Below, in pieces: positions 9,283-18,322 of a DNA stretch of 64,000 nucleotides (its first letter is position 1; each line of letters begins with the position of its first letter). The notes under the pieces were generated by a model. The model ran no database searches. It saw nothing but the letters and a program-made list of their open reading frames with translations, and was not told the origin of the DNA. The stretch comes from an uncultured Nitrososphaerota archaeon. GTDB lineage: Archaea > Thermoproteota > Nitrososphaeria > Conexivisphaerales > DTJL01. The translations under genes were made by a program, and so were the position numbers. The stretch spans positions 224,001 to 288,000 of the forward strand of contig CAWJIE010000005.1 in NCBI GenBank assembly GCA_963842885.1, read 5' to 3'.

Positions 9283-10257
9283 TTGTGGGAAGAGATCGCG
9301 GCGTCCATTCTTGCACTCCCCGTCTCCTACGTCACGACCAGGTTCCTGGCGGGCTACCTGCGGAAGCGTGGTTCCGTCGTTCCCGACGCCCACAAGGCGG
9401 GCCAGCCCAAGATCCCCCGCCCTGGAGGACCGGCGCTCATCGTCTCCTTGGCGTTGTCAGGTGCGCTGATCTACCTGCTGTCGGGCGACCTCCGAGCGGC
9501 GGCGGTCGTGCTCGTCGTGGTGATTGCCGGAGCGGTGGGACTTCTCGACGACCTGCGGACCCTGAGCGGCCCGCTGAAGGTGGCCCTTCTGTTCGCGGCT
9601 TCGTTGCCCCTGCTCATCCTCGGGACGTATTCGTCCTTTCCGGTGTTGCCGTTCGTGGGCGCCGTGCGGCTTACCATCATCTACCCCTTCCTCGTCCTCG
9701 CGGCCATACCCGTTACGGCCAACACATTCAACATGATCGACGTCTACAACGGCCTGTTGACCGGGTTCTCGGCCCTGGCGACTCTCCCTCTCCTGGTCGC
9801 GTTCGTAGTGTTGGGGGACTGGGTGATGGTGGCGGTGACCCTGGCATTCATCCTCATGCTCGTGGGCTTCTACCCCTTCCACAGGAACCCGTCTAAGATC
9901 TTCCCAGGAGACTCTGGGAGCCTGGCCCTGGGTGCGGCCTACGGAGCCATCGTCATCACGGGAAGGTTGGAGGTGGTGGGAATCGTGGCCCTGATCCCCG
10001 CCGTGCTGAACTCCTTCTTCGTCCTCTCCTCCGTGAAGGGTTTCGTGGAGCACAGGAGCATGAAGAAGAGGCCCGTGATACTCAGGGAGGACTGGCTTCT
10101 GGAGGCCTCGACCGACAAGGACGCGCCCATGACCCTTTCAAGGATGGTGCTGGCCGGAGGGCCCCTGAAGGAGGAGGATATCGTGGAGACGATCTTCGTG
10201 TTGGAGGCCGTGGCGGTGGCCCTGGCGATCCTGACTTTCGTTATAATGAGGTGGTAG
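9283..10257 (+). CDS. UDP-GlcNAc:dolichyl-phosphate GlcNAc-1-P transferase (AglH/GPT, MraY-like family)
   Basis: DAHK..PRPGG, GLLDD, NTFNMIDVYNG, KIFPGDSG motifs; polytopic membrane protein. Confidence 0.9.
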   Translation: MWEEIAASILALPVSYVTTRFLAGYLRKRGSVVPDAHKAGQPKIPRPGGPALIVSLALSGALIYLLSGDLRAAAVVLVVVIAGAVGLLDDLRTLSGPLKVALLFAASLPLLILGTYSSFPVLPFVGAVRLTIIYPFLVLAAIPVTANTFNMIDVYNGLLTGFSALATLPLLVAFVVLGDWVMVAVTLAFILMLVGFYPFHRNPSKIFPGDSGSLALGAAYGAIVITGRLEVVGIVALIPAVLNSFFVLSSVKGFVEHRSMKKRPVILREDWLLEASTDKDAPMTLSRMVLAGGPLKEEDIVETIFVLEAVAVALAILTFVIMRW

Positions 10258-10261
10258 CAAG

Positions 10262-10497
10262 ATGACAGCCAAGCTCAAGATAGTGGCCACCATCTCCGTG
10301 CTGATAGTGGCTTCGTGGGTGATCCTCCTGCTGAGCGCCTTCCTGATATTCGTGGTGGTCGCCCCGATATCTGCGCCAGTCAACTCCAGTTACATCGTCA
10401 GGGCTGGAATATGACATCGCCAAGCCGCTCGCCGGCGCCGCGATCTTCGGGATATGGTTCTACTCCTTCTACCTTCTCAGGGACTCTTACACGCGGG
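10262..10497 (+). CDS. Small membrane protein, apparently frameshifted
   Basis: MTAKLKIVATISVLIVASWVILLLSAFLIFVVVAP stops at 10414; a second hydrophobic segment (YDIAKPLAGAAIFGIWFYSFYLL) continues in another frame; end approximate. Confidence 0.5.
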
Positions 10498-10998
10498 TCA
10501 CGGGGCCCGCCGGGACTCCCAGTTCTTCCTCTTCTCGTCAAAAACCCGACGAGAATAGAAAGGCCTAGCAGGGACCCCAGCCACGACGGTGTCGGGGGGG
10601 ACGTCCTTCGTCACGACGGAGCCCATCGCCACGACGCTCCCGTGGCCCACCTTGACGCCGGCCTTTATCACCGCGCTGGCGCCGATGGCTGCCCCGTCCT
10701 CCACCACGCAGCCGATCATCCTCTTGCTCATCGGATAGGGGTCGTTGGTGAAGACGACGGCGGGGCCTATGAAGGCGTCCTTGCCGATGACGGTCATGGG
10801 CGGTATGTAGACCGAGCCCTCGATGCGCGTGTTTGCCCCGATCTTGACGTTGTAATCGATGTGAGCGAGGGAGCCGATGGAGACGTTGTCGCCGATCTCG
10901 GTATTCGAGCCGACGTATGAGAAGTGCCATATCTTGACGTTCTTTCCAATCTTGGCCTGGGGGCTCACGAAGTTGATGACCTTGTGCGCGTCGCTCAT
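10498..10998 (-). CDS. Hexapeptide-repeat N-acetyltransferase (WbpD-like)
   Basis: IG.NV.I repeats, FIGPAVVFTNDPYP, VVTKDVPP..VVAGVPAR. Confidence 0.9.
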   Translation of the reverse strand: MSDAHKVINFVSPQAKIGKNVKIWHFSYVGSNTEIGDNVSIGSLAHIDYNVKIGANTRIEGSVYIPPMTVIGKDAFIGPAVVFTNDPYPMSKRMIGCVVEDGAAIGASAVIKAGVKVGHGSVVAMGSVVTKDVPPDTVVAGVPARPFYSRRVFDEKRKNWESRRAP

Positions 10999-11080
10999 AA
11001 GGGAGTCCTGTCTGCCAATGTGCTAAAAACGTTTGCGCTCCGCAGGATGGGATCCCCGAGACAGGTCAGAAGTTGGCGAT

Positions 11081-12013
11081 TCAGAGCTGCAGGAATATGG
11101 GGAGTCCCCTTTCGCTTGAATAGCTGGCGGCCTCGGCTATCTTGCTCGTCTTGATGGCGTCCCACCCGTCGACGAGCGGCTTCTTCCCCTTCTCCACGCA
11201 CTCAAGGAAGGACTTGATCTCCGCAGAGAGGGGCTCCTGCGACTGGAGCCGGGGTATCTCCGTGGAGGTCTCGCTGTCGAGGCGCACCTCTTGGGTCACG
11301 AAGTTCACCGTCACCACGCCCTCCGTGAAAACCGCCTCCAGCCTCCTTTCCTTCTTGGGCGTGACCCAGTTGGACGTGAGGATGGCCGAACGGTGGCCTT
11401 TGAAGCCCAGGACCAAGACCGCAAAGTCCTCGAACTGGCCTCGCACCCTGCCCGTCCGAGCGAAGACCTGGAGAGGCTCCTCGGCGAAGATCCACCGCGC
11501 TGTGTCGATGTCGTGGACGGTCGTGTCCTTCAGGATCCCGACGTCCTTGACGCCTCCCCATCTGCTCTCCCTGTGGAACTCCGCTAGGAGGAGCTCGCCC
11601 ATCTTGCCGTTGGACACCACTTCCTTCATGTAGGCCACGACGGGGTTGAACCTCTCGATGAAGCCCACGGCCAGGATGCGCCTCTTCTCATCTGCCAGCG
11701 TCGCCAGCATCTCACCTTCCGGTATCGTCGCCGCGAGTGGCTTCTCCACCAGGACGTTGAGCCCCGACTCGAGCAGCCTCTTGGCCACCGAGGCGTGCGT
11801 CACCGTGGGCGTGCAGACATGCACGGCGTCCAGCTGGGCTGAGGAGAGCATCTCCTCAACAGATTTGTAAGCTGCGCAGCCGTACCTCTTGGCGTAGAAG
11901 TCGGCCTTCGATGGATCGACGTCGCAGACGGCCTTAAGGACGCCCATCTCTCCGAGAACTCGGGCGTGGTTCTTCCCCCAGCCGCCCACCCCCACGAGAC
12001 CCACGGAAGGCAT
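11081..12013 (-). CDS. Gfo/Idh/MocA oxidoreductase (WbpB-like)
   Basis: GVGGWGKNHAR, VEKP, VGFIERFNP, HDID. Confidence 0.9.
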   Translation of the reverse strand: MPSVGLVGVGGWGKNHARVLGEMGVLKAVCDVDPSKADFYAKRYGCAAYKSVEEMLSSAQLDAVHVCTPTVTHASVAKRLLESGLNVLVEKPLAATIPEGEMLATLADEKRRILAVGFIERFNPVVAYMKEVVSNGKMGELLLAEFHRESRWGGVKDVGILKDTTVHDIDTARWIFAEEPLQVFARTGRVRGQFEDFAVLVLGFKGHRSAILTSNWVTPKKERRLEAVFTEGVVTVNFVTQEVRLDSETSTEIPRLQSQEPLSAEIKSFLECVEKGKKPLVDGWDAIKTSKIAEAASYSSERGLPIFLQL

Positions 12014-12047
12014 GTCGAAGCTGCTCCCCGCAATCCAATTATTAAGC

Positions 12048-13154
12048 CTATGCGACTTCAGGCGGGAGGGTCGCCCTCACGATGACCTGCCCCGGGAGGG
12101 GTCTGGAGGCCTCGAGGAGCTCACGGTCCCTGGCGCTGCATATCACGACCACCTGGTACCTTTCGGAGAGCAGGGGCCTGGCGCGTTCCCTGCCCTCGGG
12201 GTCGTAGGGGTTCCAGTACTCCACCTCGCCAAAGACCTCGCGCAGCTCGGCCAACAGGATCGAAAGGAGCCGGGCCTTCTCGGCCTTCATCTCGTACTGG
12301 TCGACGGACCAGAGGACGAGTATCCTCGAGCGGATGGCCTTCAGGCCCTTGTTCCTGACCTGGAGACGGATGAAGGACTCGAGGATCTTCGTGTAGCTGG
12401 AGAGAGCGCGCATGGCCCCGGCGGCGAAGTGGAGGAGCGGGTCCCCCTGCTGGAGGCTCTCCATGAGGAGCTGGACCTCGAAGAAACCCTTGGAGAGGTC
12501 GTCGATGTAGAGCACTTCGTCAGGCTGTATCGTTATCGAAAGGTCCCTGTAGATCGATGCCTGCACGGCCTTGTCCAGGTACTTCCTCAACGTATGGCCC
12601 ACGTAGATGAGCTCGGCCGAGTCCACGTCCGTCGTAGTCACGGGGATCCCAAGGGCGCTGCAGAGCTTCTTCGAAGGCACCTTCCCCAGGAGACCCGCCG
12701 CGGGGATGCCGCAGTCGGACGAAACAGGGGCGTAGACGTATGTGAAATCGACCCCCGGTTTGAGCCCGCTCTGTTCCTCCAGTACGCTCAGGAAGCTCTT
12801 GTTCCCGCCGATGGAGAGCGGGACGACGTTCATTACGGTGGAGCCCTTGCTGAGGCTCTGACCGACCTCCTTGAGGCGCATGAGCTGCTCCGCCCTCCCC
12901 TCCGCCCCCGAGGACTTGAGCTTGGGGCTGAAGACCAAGACGGAGCACCTCGAGATGCAATCGGGAAGCGGGATGATGGGGCTCAGGGTGTCCTCGCCGA
13001 AAAGCGTCGCCAGGATGAGGTTGTCGGCCTTCGGAAGGTGGACGGCGGTCTTGAGGCTCTCATCGGCGATGGTCACGTCGAAGCCCGCGGAGGCTAGCCT
13101 CCTGCCGACCGCGAATCCCACGTCGCTGACCCCGTAGATGGTGGCTTGATCCAA
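12048..13154 (-). CDS. Degenerate nucleotide-sugar dehydrogenase-like protein
   Basis: Rossmann-like start (IYGVSDVG), LEEQSGLKPGVDF..VYAP and AELI recall UDP-sugar 6-dehydrogenases, but GxGxxG and GGxC are missing. Confidence 0.55.
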   Translation of the reverse strand: MDQATIYGVSDVGFAVGRRLASAGFDVTIADESLKTAVHLPKADNLILATLFGEDTLSPIIPLPDCISRCSVLVFSPKLKSSGAEGRAEQLMRLKEVGQSLSKGSTVMNVVPLSIGGNKSFLSVLEEQSGLKPGVDFTYVYAPVSSDCGIPAAGLLGKVPSKKLCSALGIPVTTTDVDSAELIYVGHTLRKYLDKAVQASIYRDLSITIQPDEVLYIDDLSKGFFEVQLLMESLQQGDPLLHFAAGAMRALSSYTKILESFIRLQVRNKGLKAIRSRILVLWSVDQYEMKAEKARLLSILLAELREVFGEVEYWNPYDPEGRERARPLLSERYQVVVICSARDRELLEASRPLPGQVIVRATLPPEVA

Positions 13155-13325
13155 AGAACCCTTTCAGCCGCCGCGAACCTGCTTCTGGCTTCCGCCATGT
13201 GCGGATTTAACACTTTGCAATATGAAATGCGAAGCCCGGGCCCCGCAGGGAAGCCCCTACCGCAAAACGCTTTAAGGGCAGTGGGGTAACGCCTCGATGA
13301 TTCAGAGTTCGAGGAGGCCCTGCAC

Positions 13326-14372
13326 TTGAGGATATGGATGGACGCGTTGACGCCGAAGCAGCTCATCTTCCTGGACGCGATCAGGAGGAGGCTCGAGGAG
13401 CTGGGACACGACGTTTTCACCACCACCCGGTCCTATCACGACGCCGCCTACGTGGTGCAGAGGCTGGGCCTTGATGTCACCTTCGTGGGTGGCCACGGCG
13501 GAGCCACCATCAGCGCCAAGCTGGAGGCGAGCCTGCGCAGGTCGCTGGACCTGGCCAGGGTGATAGAGGGACGCAGCTTCGACGCGGCGTTCTCGTTCAG
13601 CTCGCCGGAGGCGGCCAGGGTCGCCTTCGGCCTGGGGATCCCGCACTACGCGGCCAACGACTCGCCCCACGCCCAGGCTGTGGCGAGGCTTACGATCCCC
13701 CTTTCAAGGCTGCTCTTCACGCCATTTGTCATCCCGCCCTCCGCGTGGACAAGGTGCGGGATCAGGCTGGAGGACCTGCGCCGGTATCACGCCATAGACG
13801 CGGCCGCCTGGCTCAAGCATCCTGAAAGATGGCCCCGGCCGAACGAGGTCGAGAGGGGCGCGAAGCACGCGATAGTGGTCAGGCTCGAGGAATCCCAGGC
13901 GAGCTACCTCCTGGGAGGAGACGGCGACACCTTGAAGCTGGTCCTCTCACTGGTCGATCGCTTCCCGGAACGCAAGGTCATCCTGTTGACGCGGTACGCC
14001 GAGCAGGAGAGGTTGTTCAGCGGCGTGAAAGGCAACGTGACTCTATGCACGACGCCGTTCTTCGGTGTCAACATGGTCAAGGACGCGGCGCTGCTCCTGG
14101 GCCGGGGAGGGACGATGAACGCGGAGGCCGCACTCTTGGGTGTCCCCACCGTGTCATACTTCCCTGGGATGCCGACCTACATTGACCGGTATCTGGAGAA
14201 GGAGAAGGCTCTGGTCCTGGTCAAGAGCGACGATGAGGCGATGAAGGCCGCGGGGGAGCTCATCGATGAGAAGGGAGGGGAGAGGAAGCGAAATGCCAAG
14301 GCACTCCTAGACGGGATGGTGGACCCCGCGGAGTTCATCTCGCGAAGGCTGTTGCAAGAATCGACGCAGTAG
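13326..14372 (+). CDS. DUF354 domain protein (GT-B-like fold)
   Basis: MRIWMDALTPKQ, SPEAARVAFGLGIP..NDSPHA, GGTMNAEAALLGVP. Confidence 0.88.
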   Translation: MRIWMDALTPKQLIFLDAIRRRLEELGHDVFTTTRSYHDAAYVVQRLGLDVTFVGGHGGATISAKLEASLRRSLDLARVIEGRSFDAAFSFSSPEAARVAFGLGIPHYAANDSPHAQAVARLTIPLSRLLFTPFVIPPSAWTRCGIRLEDLRRYHAIDAAAWLKHPERWPRPNEVERGAKHAIVVRLEESQASYLLGGDGDTLKLVLSLVDRFPERKVILLTRYAEQERLFSGVKGNVTLCTTPFFGVNMVKDAALLLGRGGTMNAEAALLGVPTVSYFPGMPTYIDRYLEKEKALVLVKSDDEAMKAAGELIDEKGGERKRNAKALLDGMVDPAEFISRRLLQESTQ

Positions 14373-14425
14373 GCCCTCTCCCGCTAGTGCTTATTAACCC
14401 AAAGAGGAGCTGCTAGACAGCTTGA

Positions 14426-14501
14426 AGCCCGGTGGTGTAGAGGTCAAGCATACTGGCCTTTGGAGCCGGTGACGAGGGTTCGAATCCTTCCCGGGCTACC
14501 A
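14426..14501 (+). tRNA. tRNA-Gln(TTG), CCA encoded
   Basis: Acceptor AGCCCGG/CCGGGCT (archaeal Gln A1-U72), anticodon arm CTGGC-CT-TTG-GA-GCCGG, GGTTCGAATCC, 3' ACCA. Confidence 0.96.
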
Positions 14502-14687
14502 TCACTTGGGATGCTAGTTCAAACTGGGTTCTATTGCAGGATGGACACACACAGGCACAAAAGGAGAATCGAGAAGCAGCAGGCTGGGCTTCTCTAATGC
14601 AATGAGGGTCCGATGGGCGTCGACTTCCTCGAACACCTCCTAGTGGAAGGCCGGCTGGGAAGGAATGAAGGGGGTGTTCATCCACGC

Positions 14688-15821
14688 CTAATCGATGACA
14701 TGGATGTCCCTCTTGGCGGACATGTCCTTCAAGATGCGGGGCCAAACGGAGACGCTGACCTCGCCTAGGTGGGCTTTCTTGAGCAACAGCATGTATATGC
14801 GTGATTGCCCAATCCCTCCTCCGATGGTGAGGGGAAGCTCTCCATTGATTATCCCTTGGTGGTAGGGGAAGTTGAGGAAGCCCAGCTGGCCGCTGAGCTC
14901 CAGCTGCTTCCTAAGAGTCTTGGCGTTGACACGAATCCCCATGGACGTCAGCTCGTGACGACGCCGGGTGACTGGGTTCCACACGAGTATGTCGCCGTTG
15001 AGCCCGTGCATGGGACGCCCGTCCTCCGAGATCGTTTCGGTGACCCAGTCGTCATAGTCGGCTGCCCGCATCTCGTGCGGGTAGCCGTCCTGCAGGACCC
15101 AGCCGATGCCGATGATGAAGACAGCAGGGTGTTCCTGAAGGATGGCCGTTTCCCGAGCCTTGCGGGGCAAGTCGGGGTACTTGGCAAGGATGTCCTCCGC
15201 GTGCATGAACGTCAGCTCGTCGGGTAGGTTCGGGTACCTGTCAGTCCCAAGCTGTGGGAAGAGCTCCTGTACATGAACCTCAGCCCCCTTCAAGACCCTC
15301 CATATCTTCCTTACCGTCTCCTTGAGATAGGGGAGGTTCCGCTGCTCCTCCGCTATCACCTTCTCCCAATCCCACTGGTCCACGTAAGCACTGTGATCGT
15401 GGTCCAAGAAGTAGTCCTTACGCACGGCCCTCATGTCCGTGCAGAGGCCTTCTCCCAGCCCCATGCCAAATTGCTTGAGGGCTGTGCGCTTCCATTTGGT
15501 GGCCGCCTGCACCACCTGCGCGTCGACTGGATGCTTGTTATGATCGTTCGACATGTGGAACTGGATGGGCGTTCGCGATCCATCGCGGTCCAGCAGATCG
15601 TTTACTCCAGACTCGACGTCCACGATGAGCGGGACCTGTACCATCATCAGATTGAGCTCCTTGCAAAGGTTCTCTTCTATGTAGCTCTTCACGGCGAAGA
15701 TGGCCCTCTGCGTGTCCTTCGGATTCAGAAGGGAATGGTAGTCCTGCGGAAGGACTTTCTCCAGCTCTTCGTAGCTCCCGATGCCTGGCCCTGCCAAGTC
15801 GGCCTTTTTGTCCGACATCAT
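14688..15821 (-). CDS. asnA: Aspartate-ammonia ligase (asparagine synthetase A, bacterial type)
   Basis: KWKR, TDMRAVRKD, HSAYVDQWDWEK, RAADYDDW, LNGDIL, ELTSMGIRV, TIGGGIGQSR. Confidence 0.95.
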   Translation of the reverse strand: MMSDKKADLAGPGIGSYEELEKVLPQDYHSLLNPKDTQRAIFAVKSYIEENLCKELNLMMVQVPLIVDVESGVNDLLDRDGSRTPIQFHMSNDHNKHPVDAQVVQAATKWKRTALKQFGMGLGEGLCTDMRAVRKDYFLDHDHSAYVDQWDWEKVIAEEQRNLPYLKETVRKIWRVLKGAEVHVQELFPQLGTDRYPNLPDELTFMHAEDILAKYPDLPRKARETAILQEHPAVFIIGIGWVLQDGYPHEMRAADYDDWVTETISEDGRPMHGLNGDILVWNPVTRRRHELTSMGIRVNAKTLRKQLELSGQLGFLNFPYHQGIINGELPLTIGGGIGQSRIYMLLLKKAHLGEVSVSVWPRILKDMSAKRDIHVID

Positions 15822-15876
15822 GCCTAGCCCGTTGGGCAGACGGGGAGGTAATTAACATGTTCGTGAGGAACTAAGT

Positions 15877-15902
15877 AGGCGCTTCTATCCACCGAAGCGC
15901 CT
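15877..15902. repeat. Perfect 9-bp inverted repeat upstream of asnA
   Basis: AGGCGCTTC-TATCCACC-GAAGCGCCT. Confidence 0.6.
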
Positions 15903-16218
15903 TCATCTGCCCCCCAACAGACTCGCACCAAATCACCTACCGCAGCAGGGGCATCTGGCTAGGCTAGGGGACATTTCCATACGGTACCCCATCAATATGC
16001 AGAAGGTCGCCTCGATTCAGGTGTCGCCAGAAGCAGTCCGTCGAATGTTCGTTGCACCAATAGATATCTCCACAGGATACGACTATTCAGAGGGCGATCC
16101 GCCTGAGAAGAGTGGCCACGGCCAAACAGAGGGCGTCAAGGCAAACACTGACTTGCTGATCGAACGATCTTAATACCCTTAACATAAGGATATATGGTTG
16201 GATTATTAACGAGTCCAT

Positions 16219-16602
16219 ATGCCCATAGTCAGCCTATCGTTTCCCCAACAGATGATCGATGACATGGACGAAGTCCAGAAGTCGCTGGGCTTCACCGGCC
16301 GGTCCGAGCTCGTTAGGTCCGGCATCCGTCTGCTCCTTCAGGATGTCAAGGACAAGAGCTCCATAACGGGCAAGGTGAGCGCCGTGGTCGTACTCACCCA
16401 CAACGAGGAGAACGAGGAGGCGGTGACGCGAATCAAGCACAAGTTCGACGGCATCGTGCGCACCCACATCCACAACAAGACCGCCAAGAAGACATGCGTC
16501 GAGCTCTTCCTGTTGGAGGGAGCCGGCTCCGACGTGACCTCCATGACCAAGGAGTTTCAAAAGGAGGACGGCATACGTAGCGTAAGGCTTCTGATCATCT
16601 GA
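16219..16602 (+). CDS. NikR-like ribbon-helix-helix/ACT metal-responsive regulator
   Basis: MPIVSLSF..GFTGRSELVR RHH domain; H..H.H..C metal ligands (KHKF, THIH, CVELF). Confidence 0.88.
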   Translation: MPIVSLSFPQQMIDDMDEVQKSLGFTGRSELVRSGIRLLLQDVKDKSSITGKVSAVVVLTHNEENEEAVTRIKHKFDGIVRTHIHNKTAKKTCVELFLLEGAGSDVTSMTKEFQKEDGIRSVRLLII

Positions 16603-16632
16603 ACACTTGGAAGCGCTTCTTCGATTCGGTCA

Positions 16633-17496
16633 TCACTGGGACAGAAACATTCCGAGCTTCTTGAGGAGCATCGTGGCTAGAAGCATCGCCAATGCCACCA
16701 AAACGATGGCGGCCCCCGGAGCTGCGTTCGGCATCAGCAGCGAAAGGAGAAGCCCAAGGACCACCGCCGCCACGCCGAACACGGGGGAGACGAAGATGGT
16801 CTGCTTGAAGGAGCGAGCTACCTGCATGCTCGACAGGGCGGGCACCACCAGGAGCGCCGATATGAGGAGGATCCCGACTATCGGGATCGAGACGACCACG
16901 GCTATCCCCGCAAGCACGGCGAGGAGGTAGTCGTACTTCCAAGTCACGATGCCCGCCGCTTGAGCTTGCACTTCGTCGAACACGGTATAGAGGAGCTCCT
17001 TGTAGAAGAAGACGAGGAAGGCGGCGGTCGCGATGGTAACGGCTATGGCCGCGTAGATCTGCTGCCATGTCACCAGCAGGATGCTCCCGAAGAGCAGGCT
17101 GTTCAGGGCGAACCCGTAGTTCAGGGTGACGCTCGTGATGAATATCCCTGAAGCAAGGCCCAGCTCGAGGAAGACCGCCACGGCCGCGTCTCCCGTCAGC
17201 CTCCGGGAACGGATCACCTTGGTGATCATGATCGAGCCCACGACCACTATCGCGCCTCCTATCCAGTACGGGTTAAGGCCAGAGAGGGTCGGGAAGATGC
17301 TGCCCACCGCCAGGCCGATGGCTATGCCGCCATAGGCCGTATGCGCCAGCCCGTCCCCTATCAACGAAAGCCTCTTGAGTACTATGTAGACGCTCAGCAT
17401 CGAGCTGAGGAGGGCGACCACGATCCCGATGATGAACGCCCGCTGCACGAAGCCGGCGGACAGGTAGCCCAGGAGGGAGCTAAGGATGCTCTCCAT
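16633..17496 (-). CDS. Zn/Mn ABC transporter permease (ZnuB-like)
   Basis: SLIGDGLAHTAYGG, LFGSIL, FDEVQA, VGILLISALLVVP. Confidence 0.93.
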   Translation of the reverse strand: MESILSSLLGYLSAGFVQRAFIIGIVVALLSSMLSVYIVLKRLSLIGDGLAHTAYGGIAIGLAVGSIFPTLSGLNPYWIGGAIVVVGSIMITKVIRSRRLTGDAAVAVFLELGLASGIFITSVTLNYGFALNSLLFGSILLVTWQQIYAAIAVTIATAAFLVFFYKELLYTVFDEVQAQAAGIVTWKYDYLLAVLAGIAVVVSIPIVGILLISALLVVPALSSMQVARSFKQTIFVSPVFGVAAVVLGLLLSLLMPNAAPGAAIVLVALAMLLATMLLKKLGMFLSQ

Positions 17497-18268
17497 GCTC
17501 CACGACCTCTATGGGGTACCCGTAAGCCTTGGATAGGACCGAGCCCGCATCAAAGTCCTTCGTCTTCCCGTCGAAGTACAGCGTCCTGTTGATGCAGACT
17601 ATCGTCTTCGCAAGCTTCGTCACCACTCCGATATCATGCAGCGAGAGGATCGTCGTGATTCCAAGGTCCTTGTTCAGATGCTCAAGTATAGAGTAGAACT
17701 CGCTCTTCGAATGCGCGTCCACCCCGCTGGTGGGCTCATCGAATATCAGCAACTGGGGGTCGCCGACCAGGGCCTTCGCTGTGAACACCCGCTGCATCTG
17801 TCCACCTGAGAGTTCGTTGATGCTCCTCCGTCTGAGGTCGCCGATGCCCAGGCGCTCTAGGGCCTGGGCCGCCTTGGCGTGATCCTCGGCATCGAACCAA
17901 GGAAGGTGATTGGAGAGGGGAACTCTCCCCAAGAGCACGGTCTCGTAGACGGTCGCCGGGAAGTTCCAGTCCTTGGCGTGAGGCGTCTGAGGCACGAACC
18001 CGACCTTCCTGAGGCTCTCGGCCGACACAGGAGCTCCGAAAAGCTTGACGTAGCCTGCAGTGGGCTTCACGAGCCCGACTATGACGCTGAGGAGGGTTGA
18101 TTTGCCGGCGCCATTCGGGCCGATGAGGCCGAGGAAGTCGCCTGCTTGAACCTCCAGGGAGATGTGCTCGAGGGCGACGATGTCTCCTGGGTACGTCACC
18201 TGAACGTCGTGGAGCTCGCACGACCGGCTGAGCGGAACCCTGCGCCAAGTTCTGCCGTCCGCCGTCAT
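17480..18268 (-). CDS. Zn/Mn ABC transporter ATPase (ZnuC-like)
   Basis: GPNGAGKST, VPQ, LSGGQMQR, DEPTSGVD, HD. Confidence 0.93.
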   Translation of the reverse strand: MTADGRTWRRVPLSRSCELHDVQVTYPGDIVALEHISLEVQAGDFLGLIGPNGAGKSTLLSVIVGLVKPTAGYVKLFGAPVSAESLRKVGFVPQTPHAKDWNFPATVYETVLLGRVPLSNHLPWFDAEDHAKAAQALERLGIGDLRRRSINELSGGQMQRVFTAKALVGDPQLLIFDEPTSGVDAHSKSEFYSILEHLNKDLGITTILSLHDIGVVTKLAKTIVCINRTLYFDGKTKDFDAGSVLSKAYGYPIEVVEHGEHP

Positions 18269-18322
18269 GAATCGACCCGGCGGAGTTTATGCTTTCCATC
18301 TCCGGCTTCCCCTCTTTCAAGC

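Noticed and set aside
14480-14501. attL/attR duplication of the tRNA-Gln 3' end marking an integrated element
   Set aside because: Only a short chance match (CCCGGGCTAC near 41297, inside a CDS) was seen, and there is no integrase in the window.
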